64,000 nt of DNA, from NCBI GenBank assembly GCA_964234715.1, contig OZ174279.1. One strand, written 5' to 3'. Under the pieces are notes generated by a model. The model saw nothing but the letters and a program-made list of their open reading frames with translations, was not told the origin of the DNA and searched no databases. Made by a program: the position numbers and the translations under genes. The stretch is from Podarcis melisellensis. Lineage: Eukaryota. This document shows, in pieces, positions 63,473 through 64,000 of this stretch (positions are counted from its first letter, which is position 1; the number at the start of each line of letters is the position of its first letter).

Positions 63473-63930
63473 AAGTAACTGGCACATTTATATTTTTGGA
63501 ACTCTCTATGGACTGAGTAGAAAACAGGATTTCTCTTTGCACTATGTACCACACTGTACCACCATCACATTAGAGATCTTGGTGTGCTGGTAATTGGTAG
63601 CTGGCAACCTCCCCACACTTTTCTATTCACATTAGCTGAAAGATGGGCTGTGGATTGGACTCTGGCAGAGATTCCCTCTTTGTTTGACACCTTTCAAGAG
63701 AAATACCACAGGCTATTGATAGACTATCAAAGGAAATTGTTCCTCTTTGTAACAGCTAAAAAGCCAGGCTAGATAAAGTGTACATTTTGGCATTTTTTAA
63801 AAAAACAATTGTGGTGGGATAGAGAGAGAATGTCATTCTGGAGATAGAAGTACTGTACTGTACTATAAAAGAGAGAAAAACAGCTATTGTATCAGATTTG
63901 GGAATTTGGTGAGGTATATTTACAGTATAA

Positions 63931-64000
63931 GGGATGTGGGTGGCGCTGTGGGTTAAACCACAGAGCCGAGGACTTGCCGATCAGAAGGTTGGCGGTTCGA
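63931..64000 (+). mobile_element. Sauria SINE 5' end, cut by the window edge
   Basis: gggatgtgggTGGCGCTGTGGgttaaaccacagagcc...GGTTCGA (A and B boxes); reverse complement of about 3918-3965. Confidence 0.92.

Noticed and set aside
47900-64000. KCNIP2 coding exon 1, expected from recalled human synteny
   Set aside because: No sequence encoding an SDSRDLDGSYDQLT-like or other KChIP N-terminus was seen; a TBLASTN search would settle it.

Overview
Vertebrate nuclear DNA, almost certainly a squamate and probably a lacertid lizard (Sauria SINE, Squam-type SINEs, L2/CR1/RTE LINE remnants). The only coding sequence I can support is the 3' end of ARMH3 (C10orf76) on the + strand: three spliced exons (18293-18371, 44645-44761, 46714-46806) encoding ...[26 protein letters not shown]|[39 protein letters not shown]|[30 protein letters not shown], then a 3' UTR with two AATAAA signals. 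Bases 1-46713 are otherwise intron and about 48-64 kb appears intergenic. None of the supplied ORFs corresponds to these exons; they are chance or repeat-derived. The most unusual object is a young, CpG-rich 1.28-kb Tc1/mariner-type non-autonomous element (41029-42304) built from a chain of hairpins around a 60-bp tandem array with an inverted spacer variant. Also notable: a related short MITE carrying NRF1 and ETS motifs, a multi-copy palindromic MITE family with one nested insertion, and several repeat-free, motif-dense candidate regulatory blocks. I found no convincing new protein-coding or RNA-gene system. Family names come from recalled sequence knowledge, not database searches.
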